The notes under the pieces were generated by a model, which worked only from the letters and a program-made list of their open reading frames with translations, did not search any database and was not told the DNA's origin. 64,000 nucleotides of DNA, from NCBI RefSeq assembly GCF_018350175.1, contig NC_058373.1:113834001-113898000 (forward strand), read 5' to 3'. A program made the position numbers and the translations under genes. The stretch comes from Felis catus. Taxonomy: Eukaryota. Below are positions 13,287 to 25,225 of this stretch, piece by piece; position 1 is the first letter of the stretch; the number at the start of each line of letters is the position of its first letter.

Positions 13287-13692
13287 GTAACACTAATTAC
13301 TGTAATACATAAACCCCCAAATTTCAATGATGTAATAAGTACAAATTTATTTTTTCCTTACATCAAGTTTAATCAGATGTTCTTGATTGATCGGAAGCTC
13401 TTCTGCAAGCAGAATTGTTTTCCATCATGTGGTTCCTTCTATCTTGTGGCTTTACCATTTTCAACAGATTCATGACTTCCAGAGTCACCCTGTAAGAAGA
13501 AAGCGTGAGGGATAATGAATCAGGAGGTTTTTAGGGGCCAAGTCTGAAAGTGTCTCAGATCATTCTCATTGATATTCCATTGACTAGGACTTACATGGCC
13601 ATACTGAACTGCAGGGATAGCTAGAAAATAGCTAGCTGTGTGTCCAAGAAGAAGAGGAAATAGGTTTAGTGATCAGCCAGCAATCTCTGACA
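13287..13692 (-). mobile_element. Old ERVL-MaLR LTR (MLT1J/K-like)
   Basis: MLT1-type motifs (atattccattgactaggacttacatggcc...aactgcaggg...gtgtgtccaagaagaagagg) ending in ...ctctgaca. Confidence 0.7.
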
Positions 13693-14165
13693 AATGTCAT
13701 CCTTCCAGACTTACATACATTTCTTTTCTTTCTTTGACTGACCCTTGTTCCAATGTATGACATATTGATTTGTGATTTTAATTCTAGTTTGGCTAACTCC
13801 TTTTTTATGAGATTTTGATTTACTTAACTTGCCCTCATCTGATAGCCTTTTGACTCAGATTCTTGACCCTGTCTTCTGGCCATTTTTCATTCAGAGAAGA
13901 TTGGAGTTAGAATATTTTAGAGATCACTGAGTTTGACAGTGGTTTTTATACTAGAGGTACTAATTTCCAAAGACCATTGGTAAGCTCACTTAGTACATCT
14001 AAACAAAACATGAATATATCAAAATCTGTGTTTCTAAGGCTTTCTTCTTTATAATGCTTGGACATTTTGAAAGAGGAAGAGGTTAGTAAGAAGGAAGGTA
14101 TGATGAAAAGTGTTCATGGATGTTAGCCCTTGCTTTGACTCTCATTAGCCATGTGAAAATTTTCT

Positions 14166-14384
14166 TTTTTTTTATTTTTTATTTTTTATTTTTTTAATGT
14201 TTATTTATTTGTGAGAAACAGAATGTGAGTGGGGGAGATGCAGAGAGAGAGTGAGACAAAGAATCCGAAGCAGGCTCCAGGCTCTGAGCTGTCAGCACAG
14301 AGCCTGACACGGGGCTCAAACTCACAAACGGTGAGATCCTGAGCTGAAGTTGGAGACTCAACTGACTGAGCCACACAGGCACCC
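14166..14384 (-). mobile_element. SINEC_Fc
   Basis: CanSINE body; TSD tgaaaattttct at 14154-14165 and 14385-14396. Confidence 0.95.
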
Positions 14385-14991
14385 TGAAAATTTTCTCATC
14401 TTCTAATGGGCTTAATGGAATACAGAGAAGAAATATTGGAAACTTATACAACCAAAGAGCAATGTTATCTCTGGTGGTGAGATTATGAATAATTTTTGGC
14501 TTGGTTTGGTTTTCTGTTTTTTCTGTTTTTTATTTTCCTCCAAATTTTATGCAGTGGCAATGTGTTCATTTTGTATTTACTTCCCCTCCCAAGCCCAGTA
14601 TCTCTTAAGATGTAAAACTCAGGAAGAGCAAAAAGGATGGAGATTGTTACCAGCCCCAACTACCTCACAAAGTTATTATGAGAATCACATGAAACAATGT
14701 AGAAGAGTGTACTTTGAAAAATGAATAATAACTAATAAGGTAATGCTGGCAGGTTATTGCCAGCAGGGTAGATTTAGCCTTGAAAAATTTAGAGTTTCTG
14801 TGTAGGGGCAGTAGAAATGCACGCAGAAATCCTGAATCTCTTGAATTCACCATTTGGGTTTGCTGCTCCTCCAAGAGGAGGAAATTCCACAGGCCCAAAA
14901 TGCATATTTGTTCTCACAAAGACAAAAATGGAAGATTATTTGTGGCTGGTATAGACTGACCATAAATTAATCAGCCTTCAGATAATCATTT

Positions 14992-15223
14992 AATTAAAAA
15001 AAGTTTTTTAAGTGTTTATTTTTGAGAGAGAGAGAGAGAGAGAGACACAGGCAGAGCACGAATGGGGGAGGGGCAGAGAGAGAAGGAGACACAGAATCCC
15101 AAGCAGGTTCCAGGCTCTGAGCTATCAGCACAGAGCCTGATGTGGGGCTCACACCCATGAACCATGAGATCATGACCTGAGCTGAAGTCAGACACTTGAC
15201 TGACTAAGCCACCCAGGTGCCCC
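14992..15223 (-). mobile_element. SINEC_Fc
   Basis: CanSINE body; TSD tcagatMatcattt at 14978-14991 and 15224-15237. Confidence 0.95.
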
Positions 15224-15519
15224 TCAGATCATCATTTTAAAGTCCACAGAGAAAAAATTATGTTAGCAAGCAATTACACCATGTTCTTGAATAACCTGAG
15301 GAGACAGAATAGAAGAAGGCAGATAGATGACAATTGCCTGCCCGCTAATCTGAAGACTCTCCTATTGGTATGTCATGCTGACCACATAGAAATGTGATGA
15401 ACCTGCTTGTTGGTGGTGAATCTCACATGGAAACTCTTAGTTCACTTATCAGGCTTCCCTCAACTTTTGTGATTATAGGCCACCACCAAAAGGTTTTATT
15501 TAAATTAAATTGATCTTTC

Positions 15520-15780
15520 ATGCATTTTTCTGTCCGTAAAAGTAATACATACTTATAAAATTTAGACCTTTAAGAGATATATTATGGAGAAAAAGAAAAA
15601 GCCTCCCATAATCTTAGACATAACTACTGATAGCATGGTTCTTTTTTTATACTTCTTCAAAATTTTTCCATGCATATATGAACATGTTTACTATTCATTG
15701 TCCTAACAAAAATGTGTTTCTATGCCGTATACAGTTTCACACAATTTTCTCATATTACATCTTGGACATATTTTACAGGA
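15520..15780 (-). mobile_element. Old L1M (L1ME-like) 3' fragment
   Basis: aaaagtaatacatactt...cccataatc...ataactactgatagc pattern typical of an antisense L1ME 3' end. Confidence 0.5.
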
Positions 15781-16189
15781 GGATTTTGATACCAGTTTTC
15801 TTTTCTTATATTCCTTCAGAACCCCTTAGACCCTGATTTGGATGGTAAATACCTTACAAAGTTAATAAAGAAGGGTGCTGGAGGGCAACTTTTGTTGTTG
15901 TTTTCCTTTAAGCAAGAGATTTTTAGGTTTGGCCATATTGGCCAATCTATTACTTGTGATCGTTGTATTAATAGTGTGAATCCTGAAGTAATGATTTCAG
16001 GAAAGCAATTTTTTTTCCACCCTGTCATTCTTTCCAGCAATGAGCTTGTGAAAACTAACTGAATTTAGAGGTGATGTTGCTTTGCTCTGGAAAGAAGGAA
16101 TGAGTGAGTTATTTACCTAGAAACAAACCTAATCTAGTCACTAGAGAGAGAATTTAAATTCATTATCTTGGTATGTGGGATTTTCTTGG

Positions 16190-16660
16190 TCTATCTCTCT
16201 AGCCTCAACTCCCAGCACCCCATCCCATGTACATGTGCTTCAGACACGTTGTATTTCTTGCTGTTCCTCACCTTTGTGTTTTTGCATTGATTTACCCTCT
16301 ACTGGGTTACTGTTTGCTAGCCTCTTTGCTAGGTGAGGCTTTCATGTTCATTAGCTCTTTGGTCCGGTTTTGCTAGACTCCCTAGACAAAGAAAGGAACC
16401 GCCTTTTCCTCTTCTCTGCTTCTCTATTACGATGGTTCAGATGCTATAGTATAATTTGCCTTATGTGTCTTCACCCTTTTAATTTTTTTTATCGTGGCAT
16501 AATTATACACAATAAAGTGCACAAATCTTAAGTATACAGTTGATGAATTTGCCATGTCTGAATTTGTACCTGGACTGTGAGCTTTCAGAGTTTTGGAACC
16601 ATATTTTATTCATTCTTACGGCTCCAGAGATACTTAGTAGTGCCTGAATGAATGAGCGAC
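16190..16660 (+). mobile_element. L2 3' fragment containing a short antisense L1M 3' end (~16483-16550)
   Basis: L2 tail ggactgtgagctttc...tagtgcctgaatgaatga; insert aataaagtgcacaaatcttaagtatacagttgatgaattt. Confidence 0.6.
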
Positions 16661-19344
16661 CACAATAATTTCCTCAGTCTGTCTAGTGTCTATTCCTTTA
16701 TGGGAAAGGGGCATTAAAGTTTGTTTCTTGTAGGAGTGTGGAACCAGTTGTATTTGTTCACCTCCTTGCTATTAACCCTAAAAGAGATACAGCCTGAATT
16801 ATTATTGATTTCCTCAGGGGCGATTATGGATCTATGAATAAAAACAAGTTTCATCCATTTTTCTACCCATTTGATAAAGTTATATGAGAAACTATAAATC
16901 TTAAAAAAAAAGAAACTATAAATCTTAAGACTTGAAGTAGATAGAAAAGAGATGTAGTTAAGATCAAACTGCCTTTTTCTTACAATTTGTTCCTAATAGA
17001 AAAAAAAGCAACAAATCCCTCCCTTAAATTCCTAAATCTAGGTTTAAGTTGCTTAAGAACTGGAATGACATTTAATTTCAAAATTACTTCTCCCATTAAG
17101 AGTTGCTGACATACTAAAGGAAATGGTATTTATGCATTTTTTAAAGCTAGATATCAGAAAACTTAGAGTAATTTGATTTAACAAAAGGGTTTAGTAGTCT
17201 TCCTTGAAAGATGATCCTGAAATCAATCCCTTTAATTTACATTAGGCTCTCCAAGGAAATAAACAAACTTCCCTATTTAAAATGAGGCTGGTCTAGTTAC
17301 CTTCTCTGTGCTAGAAAATCCAGGCTGAAATATCAGTACCTTGCTCTAATTCAGATTTTAAACTTTTTTTTTGTAAACTTATATAACAGTTTATTTTATA
17401 CTTTTATTTACATTTTTACCTAAGCTCATTCAGATTTCATAATTTTTCTATGAGGAAAACATTAACTCTGTTGCAGGTGGGAAAACAGATTAACTCTTTT
17501 TTTGAAAGGTATATATAGAAATAGGCAATATATAGCACCAAATGAACCTGCTTTTTTCACTATCCTTAGTGACCTAGATGGCCTTATCCTTTCTCTGCCT
17601 GTCTTAGTATTCTTATACTACTGCCCTTATTCTATTAATTAATTAATCAGCTCATTCATTCACATAATCAGTCATTGTTGATGCCAATTATGTACAAGGC
17701 ACTCCATACTCTGGGGATACAAAGATGACAAGTTCAGATTAAAATTTTATCTCTGCCCCCTGTTCTTAAGAAATTATTTTTTATTCTCTGTGGTTCATTG
17801 GCTCAAGTTAATGAGTACCCATTTAGGATTTATTCTGTGCTCAGTACTGTTCAAGATCGTAATCAAAATCTCTCTAGAAGCTAGCAATTCATCCCATTGA
17901 TTTAAATAGTGACTAATGAATTTTCAGTTCTTTGTGTGGTTAATGTTATACGTTTCATTAGTAATAATGAAATGGAAGATCTAAGCAAACTCCTTTTTCC
18001 TGGGAAACATGTATCTTCCTAGTTCCCAGTATTAATTGTCTAAATACTTATAGTTAATGCTGTATCACTGCAGGGCTTATTAAAGAAACAATATCCTTTT
18101 TCAAATTGTTATTGTAAATTCACAAAGAATGTATTTATGTTAAATGTTATTGTTCATTTTTGGAGGAATTGAGTGGTTTGTTGGCAGAGTTGGGACTAGA
18201 AATGTGATTGCTTACATCTTACATTGTGTTAAGATATGGACTAGCGACAAACAGACAAAAATTAATCATATGTGCTTTGGTCATGGATCTGCTTTATGGA
18301 AACTTGAGTTTTTGTGTAACAGCTTGAAACCATTACCTGATCAGGCCAGTTAATAGGACAACCCAGTAAAAGGTATGGGAGGTTCTATCGTAAGAAACTA
18401 GGTATTAAGTGATATGATTACTTACCAATTGAAGTGAGAAAAGTCAGGCTCTTCCTTTAGTTTTCATCTATTATGGTCATGGGGAAAGTAGTTTTTAGAA
18501 TTAGGTCCTGAACCCATCTAATTAACTAAGACTGGAGGGACACTGGCAGCTTCTCAGAGGATAGTTAACGGAGCAAAGGGATAATGGAAGATCCTTTCTT
18601 CCTTGTCTTCGGTGGTCTCTCTTTTGAGAGCCCATATCTTCCTCAGGAATAGCTTCCCATACTCAGAGAAAACTCAGATTGCTTTGGTCTGAGCCTATAA
18701 ATCAAGAGGTAAAGCCTTTTCCTGCTCTCCTTAAGAGAGTTCTGCCCTCAGTAGAGGGCAGAGAAATAGTGTATGCCATTAATCACTCGAGAATTGTTTA
18801 CCATGTTAATCTAAAGGGCACTTGCCCATGGCAGGCAGTAAAGTTACCTTAGTTGTTTAAGAATAACCTGAGTGGTTTACTCAGAGGGTTTGCAAATGTT
18901 TGGACATTATTCAAGAGCTGACCAATTAGCTTTATTTTTCACTGCTCTTCTCAGATTTATCTTTATACCATCCAATTGCATTGAGAGGAGCAAGGGTTCC
19001 CAAAACTGCAACATTACTGACTTTCCAGCCATGTGACATAGCTTTTCAGACACCGAGTTAAATTTCAACCCAGACATCTCTCTTCAATTCAGGTCACCTA
19101 CAGTCCAGACAAAACCAAGGTCATGTGTTGAACCAATGTAAGGAGTTTTGTTAGTTGCAATAACTATAATGTTATTCACTATTTGAAATACTATACCATG
19201 GTTAATCATAAGTTGCAGCTGTTGTGTCCTTTTATTTATGAGCCCTTAATCAAGAGGACACAGCAAGGGCCACTGTTTGAAAGGAGCCTTTCATGAGGTC
19301 TTCCTTTTGGATGCTCTCCCCCTTTCATTGTGAAAAGAAGAGGA

Positions 19345-19712
19345 CTTCGTGTTGACTTGCAAAAGTTATTGAATATTATATATTGACCTCTCTGAAAACA
19401 GATATTTCTATTCCAAATTGAAATGATCAAATTGTAATCTTTATATTTCAGCTAATGACAACAGAAACAGTAGGCGAGTGCTCTCCAGACAATTTCTTTC
19501 AGTTGGCCCCAAACATGATTAGTTCTTAAATGTCAGCCACCAAATGTTATATATTGTCTCTCTGAAAACAGATTTTGCTATCCAGAATTCAGAGTGTCTG
19601 TTTTTAACCATATGTTTCCACTATTGGTAATGTAAACAGCCTAGATGTCACCAGAGAGCTCTTTTTCCTGCCCTCCACCAACCTGATGGATGCGACTTGA
19701 AACGTCAGTCTC
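19345..19712. repeat. Diverged ~170-bp tandem repeat, about 2.1 units
   Basis: ctctctgaaaacagat at 19388 and 19558 (170 apart); ttatatattg at 19376 and 19547; gacttg at 19354 and 19694 (340 apart); weaker colinear similarity between these anchors. Confidence 0.85.
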
Positions 19713-20099
19713 TCTCTTTCTCTCTTTTTGTTTGCTTTTATTTATATCCTTACCTTATTTTGTGAGAATACGTCTTGTGATTTACCCTTGTTGGAAGGGG
19801 GAGTCAGATCCAGGAATTTGGATAGAATCATTTTATGAACTAATTTTGGAATAGATTGCTTATACAAATGGATTTTTTAAACCTAAGAATATAGTAATAA
19901 GTTATGTGTTCAGATTTGTTGATTCGTCAGTTTCATCCTGCCCTGGGTTTGTAACACTAAAACTGGGACAGCTGCTTTTCTTTGAGGCACTCAACAATGT
20001 TTCCAGACTTTCAAATTGCATTTCCTTTTTACTGATAGCTTTTTCGTGGATTTCACTCAGGTGAACTTTTACTCTTCATTTGATGATCTCTTGGCGAGT

Positions 20100-20420
20100 C
20101 TTTTGCTCCAACCATTTAGATTTCATGTGGCTCCCTGAATACAGCATGCTTTTACACATCTGTGTGGCTTGAACTATGCTCTTACCTCAGCTTGGTGTTC
20201 TTCTCTCATTTCCCGCAACGCTTGGCATCTCTCAAGGCAAGGCTCAGACGCTTCTGCCATCATTGAATTTTGCCCCTGCTTTCCAGTTGGACTTGAAGGC
20301 TGCTCCCTTGTACTGCTCTCTTTGACCTATAATTGGAGCACTTAGTTCACTCTACCTTATGTTTTAATTGATTTTGGTACATTTCCCTCCTTTATGAGAG
20401 GCAGACTTTGAGAACTAGGA
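20100..20420 (+). mobile_element. L2 3' fragment
   Basis: Decayed L2-like pyrimidine-rich sequence (ccctgaatacagcatgct...tatgctcttacctcagcttgg...gactttgagaactagg). Confidence 0.5.
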
Positions 20421-21547
20421 GCATATCTGTAAGCAGCATCCAGATGATCGGCCGGTGCAAAGTTGCATGCATTTGCTGTTTTCTCAGCAATATCTGGAAG
20501 CGGGGCTATTTAGAGTTCTCAGAACTGCTGCGAGACAACAGCTAAGAGACTGATAGCAAAACACTTGGTAAAACTCAAAATGTGCTCTTTAAAATAGTCA
20601 ATACTGTCTGCCAAATGAATACCTCAAGTTTTCAGTGACACATGGGTGATGTAACCCATCATTTGCATTTTTCTGATACCCAGAACTCAAGAGAGATAGT
20701 TGGCCAGAATAAAAGGTGATCTCTGCCTCTAGTCTGTTTTGACCAAGTGCATTTCTGACTGAATGTGTTTGTTCAGGCCTCCTTCAAAGTTCTTAACCCT
20801 GGGCCTCCTCTCTGCTTACACCTACCTACCCTTTCAGTGTTCTTTTTGTGTGGGATGGCGTGTTGGCTGTAAGAGATGGTAGAGATCATACGCATCACAC
20901 CAGTGATAGTCTGTCTTAGTGAGATCACACGCAGTGAATAATTTATTACCAGGAACCTCGGGTGGGGCAGGGGGAGGGGGGTGCGGTGAACAGCATGGGA
21001 CATGAAAACAAACAAACAAGCTAAGAGGCCTGTCTGGGACCAAAGGAACAGAGTTACTGGATTTGTTTAAAGAATTAAGCTTATGAGCTACACTTTCCCC
21101 TTTGCAGCACAGATAAAAATCTTTGCTTGAGGAACATTTCAACATCACAGCTGCAAGTATAATTTACAATGGAAAATGTTTTTCATTTTGGAAAGAGCCA
21201 ATTGCTATTTTGTAATGGAAGACGGAGACGGCTGGAGATAAAACTTGCATGCAAGACCAACACAGCTTGACGAAGGGAGCAGAGTCTAGTTCAACAGCCT
21301 CTAAATCAGCAAATCTCCATGTTATTCTTACTGGCAGTCCAGTCAAGAAATATTAAGGTCTAGTGTGCTCAGGACTGCTAAGCATCATGGACAGTACAGT
21401 AAAAGTAGAAGACACAGTGTCTGCCCCTGAGGGAGTGGAAGTTTAATAGAAGAAGGCTCATATATACCAGGATCAACAAAGAATGATGTTAGGGAGAGTG
21501 TCACCAAAGTGCCACAGGGCTGCCAACAAACTGGAAGGCCAGGAACT

Positions 21548-21552
21548 ATTAT

Positions 21553-21598
<46 letters not shown>

Positions 21599-21765
21599 CG
21601 AGCATGTGCACGTGGGGGAGGGGCAGAGAGAAGAAGCAGGTAGAAAGAGAATCCCAAGCAGGCTCCATGCTGTCAGGGCGGAGCCCCACACCGAGCTCCA
21701 TCTCACAAACCGCGAGATCATGACCTGAGCCGAAATCAAGAGTCAGTCACTTAACTAGCTGAGAC
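21548..21765 (-). mobile_element. SINEC_Fc (older subfamily), truncated at both ends
   Basis: gagaatcccaagcaggctccatgctgtcag...gagatcatgacctgagccgaaatcaagagtc; (GA)n; lacks the first ~15 nt and the A tail. Confidence 0.9.
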
Positions 21766-22335
21766 TTTTAATTAATAAGTGGAGCTTTATAATGCAAATC
21801 TATCCCAAGTTGATTTGCTCTTCCTTGACTGTAAGAAATCTAGGACATGTCATGTTCTTGTTAAGACTAACTACTTTTTCACTTTTATTTTACTCCACTC
21901 ATTAACCCATTGAACACGTAATTCCTGAGCACATACTACATGGCAGTTGCTGTGACTGTGCCTGGGACTCTCTGGTTGAAGAAGATATGGACCGTATCTA
22001 AAAAGCTCTTGTGAGCACTGAAGAAACCAAGGAGGGAGAAGCAGTTTTTACTGTTTTAAATAAGCTAGATTATGTTTTATAGTTAAATATGAAGAAAATT
22101 ACAATTTTAGCTAGATTTACTGTGCCATCATCATTTTCTCATTTGTTCATGCATCCATTCATTTTTCTAGTAAAGGTGCCAGAAACCTCGAAATGCAAGC
22201 ATTCATCAGGTCCTTTCAAATGTCCGTCTCCAGGTTATGTCTTGGATCCATCCACTTCTCAACACATTTATCATCCTGATTATTCCATTCACCTCTTAAC
22301 CGGTCTCCCAGTTTTCACTCCTGATTCCCTCTAAT

Positions 22336-22567
22336 TAGTGGCTTTCAAACTTTTTTCACTGTGACTCACAATAAAAATACATCCATGATACCCTCAGTAC
22401 ATACATACATGTATCTCTAAGTAAATCTGAAATAAAAGGTTCATGAAGTAATACCTACCTTTACTCTGTAGGATGCAGTTTGGTATTTTTAAAAACTCTA
22501 ATTTTTTCATCCTCGGCATGATCAACTAAATTTATTTTGTGACACACTACTGCACTGAAATACACTG
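22336..22567. mobile_element. hAT-Charlie-type non-autonomous DNA transposon
   Basis: Imperfect TIRs tagtggctttcaaact ... tgaaatacactg. Confidence 0.6.
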
Positions 22568-22578
22568 TTCCAATCCTT

Positions 22579-23070
22579 TCCTTCCTTCCTTCCTTCCTTC
22601 CTTCCTTCCTTCCTTCCTTCCTTCCTTCCCTCCTTCCATTCATTCCAGTATAATTAGCATACTGTATTATATTAGTTTTAGGTGTACAATGTAGCGATTC
22701 AACAATACTGTACCTTACTCAGTGCTCATGATTAGTGTACTCTTAATCCCCTTCACCTATTTCCTCCATCCTCCCCTCCCCCCAGGCTCCCCTCTGGCAA
22801 CCGCCAGTTTATTCTCTACAGCTGAGAGTTTGTTGTTTTGTTTGTCTCTCTGTTTTCTCTGTTTGTTTTGTTTCTTAAATTCCACATATGAGTGAGATCA
22901 TATGGTATTTGTCTTTCTTGCACTGAGTTGTTTCACTTAGCATTATACCCTCTGGATGTACCCATGTTGTTGCAAAAGGCAAGGTGTCATTCTTTTTTTT
23001 TTTTTTTTTATGAGTAATATTCTACTGGGTGTGTATGTATGTGTGTGTGTGTATTTGTGTGTGTGGGTGT

Positions 23071-23119
<49 letters not shown>

Positions 23120-23416
23120 CACCCCATCTTCTTTATCTATTCATCTATTGATGAACACTTGAGTTGCTTCCATATCTTAGCTATTATAAATAATGCTGCA
23201 ATAAACATAGGGTGTATATATCTTTGCAAATTAGTGTTTTTATATTCTTTGGGTAAATATCCAGTAGTGGAATTACTGGATTTGTATGTGGTAGTTCTAT
23301 TTTTAATTTTTAAGGTACTTCCATACTGTTTTCCACAGGGGCTGCACCGGTTTGCGTTCCCATTGACAGTGCATGAGAGTTCCTTTTTCTCCACGTCCCT
23401 GCCAGCGCTTGTTGTT
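22579..23416 (-). mobile_element. Carnivore L1 (L1_Carn-like) 3' fragment with (TTCC)n tail and internal (TG)n
   Basis: ORF 23137-23394 HPMFIAALFIIAKIWKQLKCSSIDE; degenerate TSD tgttccaRtcYtt at 22566 and 23417. Confidence 0.92.
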
Positions 23417-24004
23417 TGTTCCAGTCTTTTTCAGTGCAGCTGTCAGAGGGATGGTTTCTATCATTTCCCTGCTTAAAATCTTTCTTTGGCTTCCAGTTGC
23501 ATTTAGGATTAAATCTGGGATTGATAGCTTGGCCTGCGAGGTCCTGCGTGGTCCTACCTCTGTTTCCACTTCACTTTATTCTACCTCTCAACACCTTTAG
23601 ACAGATTCTTTCTTCTCCATGGACTAGTCTTCCTTTCTCCAGCTTTCACCTGGCCAACTCCCATTTTCCTTCTTGACTCTGTAAAGATTACTCCCTTAAC
23701 AAAGTTAGATTTCCCTTAGAACCCCTCATTCTTCTCTTTACTTTTATTCTTTGTATTTATTATAATTTTATATTTATGTGTTTCTTTTTATGACTTTTTG
23801 TTGAAGACTGATGGCTCCCACTAGATTGTAAGTTCCAAGATAGGTAAGACCAGGTCTGTTTTGTTTTTGCTGTATTCACAGCATCTAGCACAATCCTAGC
23901 ACAGTTAGCAAATCTCTTTGAGCACCTACTTTGTGTCAAGCTCTGTGCTTGAAAAACAAGTTCAACTTTTTTGGCATGTAGTGTTTCTGAAGATCTGATG
24001 TCTA

Positions 24005-24131
24005 GGGGCGCTTGGGTGGCTCTGTCTGTTAAGCATCCAACTCTTGATTTTGGTTCAGGTCATGATCTCACAGTACATGAGATTGAGCCACACCTTGGGT
24101 CCCTGCAGATAGCACGGAGTCTGCTTAGGAC

Positions 24132-24195
<64 letters not shown>

Positions 24196-24237
24196 CCTCT
24201 CCCTCTCTCAAAATAAATAAATAAACTTAAAAAAAAG
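24005..24237 (+). mobile_element. SINEC_Fc (older subfamily) with long (CT)n
   Basis: ggggcgcttgggtggctc head, (CT)n region, aataaa-rich tail. Confidence 0.93.
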
Positions 24238-24489
24238 ATATCTAAAAAGCATAACAGGTTAATAAATATAGTAGAAAGGGTGTTAGAATGCTGGATTTCC
24301 TACAAACAATGCTTCCTTTGTTTTGGAAGGAAGGAAGACTTTCCTTGTTTACTCTTAATACAAACTGAAAGAACATAGTGGTATTGTTGAATGATTGAGT
24401 ACATTTCCCACTTACATATAGAGAAGGAGGTAAGCAAATGCTAGGTAGGTGCCTTTCATTTTTAATGTTATTGCTGTTTCATTGTGTAG

Positions 24490-25225
24490 TTCTCAGGTTC
24501 AGAATCTAAGGAGCCATTGAGCCCAGCCTCCCACTTAATGCTGGAATACTCATAACATCCCTGGCAGGTTTAGACTTTGAACTCTTCCAATGCTGGAAAA
24601 GGAACTATTACACAGAACAGCCGATTCCATTTTGGAGCAATTTGAATTGTTAGAAAAAATTTTTTTAATTTGGGTTATTTTTCTGTCCATTTGTCTGCAC
24701 TTTGGAGATACAGAGAGAAGTTTGCTCTGTCTCCCACAGAATGACTCCCCAGCTATTTGCAGATAGTTAACCCACCCAAGAAGTTCTTTTTTCCCAGTTG
24801 AAGCAATCCTAGTTTCTCCAGTTATTCCTCATGTGACATGCTTTCCACCCCCTTTTTCTTCCCGTGACACTCTTGACATGCTCCAGTTTTTCTGTGTATT
24901 CTTTAAAACTTGGCACCAAGAATGGAGGCAGGACTCCAACTGTGTCTGGACCATTGTGGAGCATAGGGGGCTATTTCCCCCCCTTATTCTGAGCACCATA
25001 CTTCTGCTAATCTGGCCTTAAATTAATTGCATTGGATTTTTCAGCAGCCAAGTCTCACTGTTGGGCTCATATCCTGTTCAGAGTCAACTAAAACCCCTAG
25101 ATCTTTTTCACATGAACTCTTGTTCAGCCTGGTCACTCTCCCATCCCGAACTTTCTTATATCCATGTAATAGGTTTTTACATTTATTCCCATTCAGTCTC
25201 CTCTTGTTAACTTCAGACCGATATT
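24490..25225 (-). mobile_element. L3/CR1 LINE 3' portion
   Basis: ORF 25041-25367 contains NGNKCKNL...SSCEKDLGVLVDSEQDMS, the CR1 RT C-terminal signature; CR1-like 3' end near 24500. Confidence 0.88.

Larger units (their letters stand above)
22180..23905 (+). mobile_element. L2 fragment interrupted by a DNA transposon and an L1
   Basis: L2-like ctcttaaccggtctccca before 22335 resumes at ~23430 (cccctgcttaaaatctttc...ctagattgtaagttcc...ctagcacag). Confidence 0.7.

Noticed and set aside
21164..21346. Protein-like 60-aa ORF on the minus strand
   Set aside because: No recognisable homology and no supporting splice sites; the length is expected by chance
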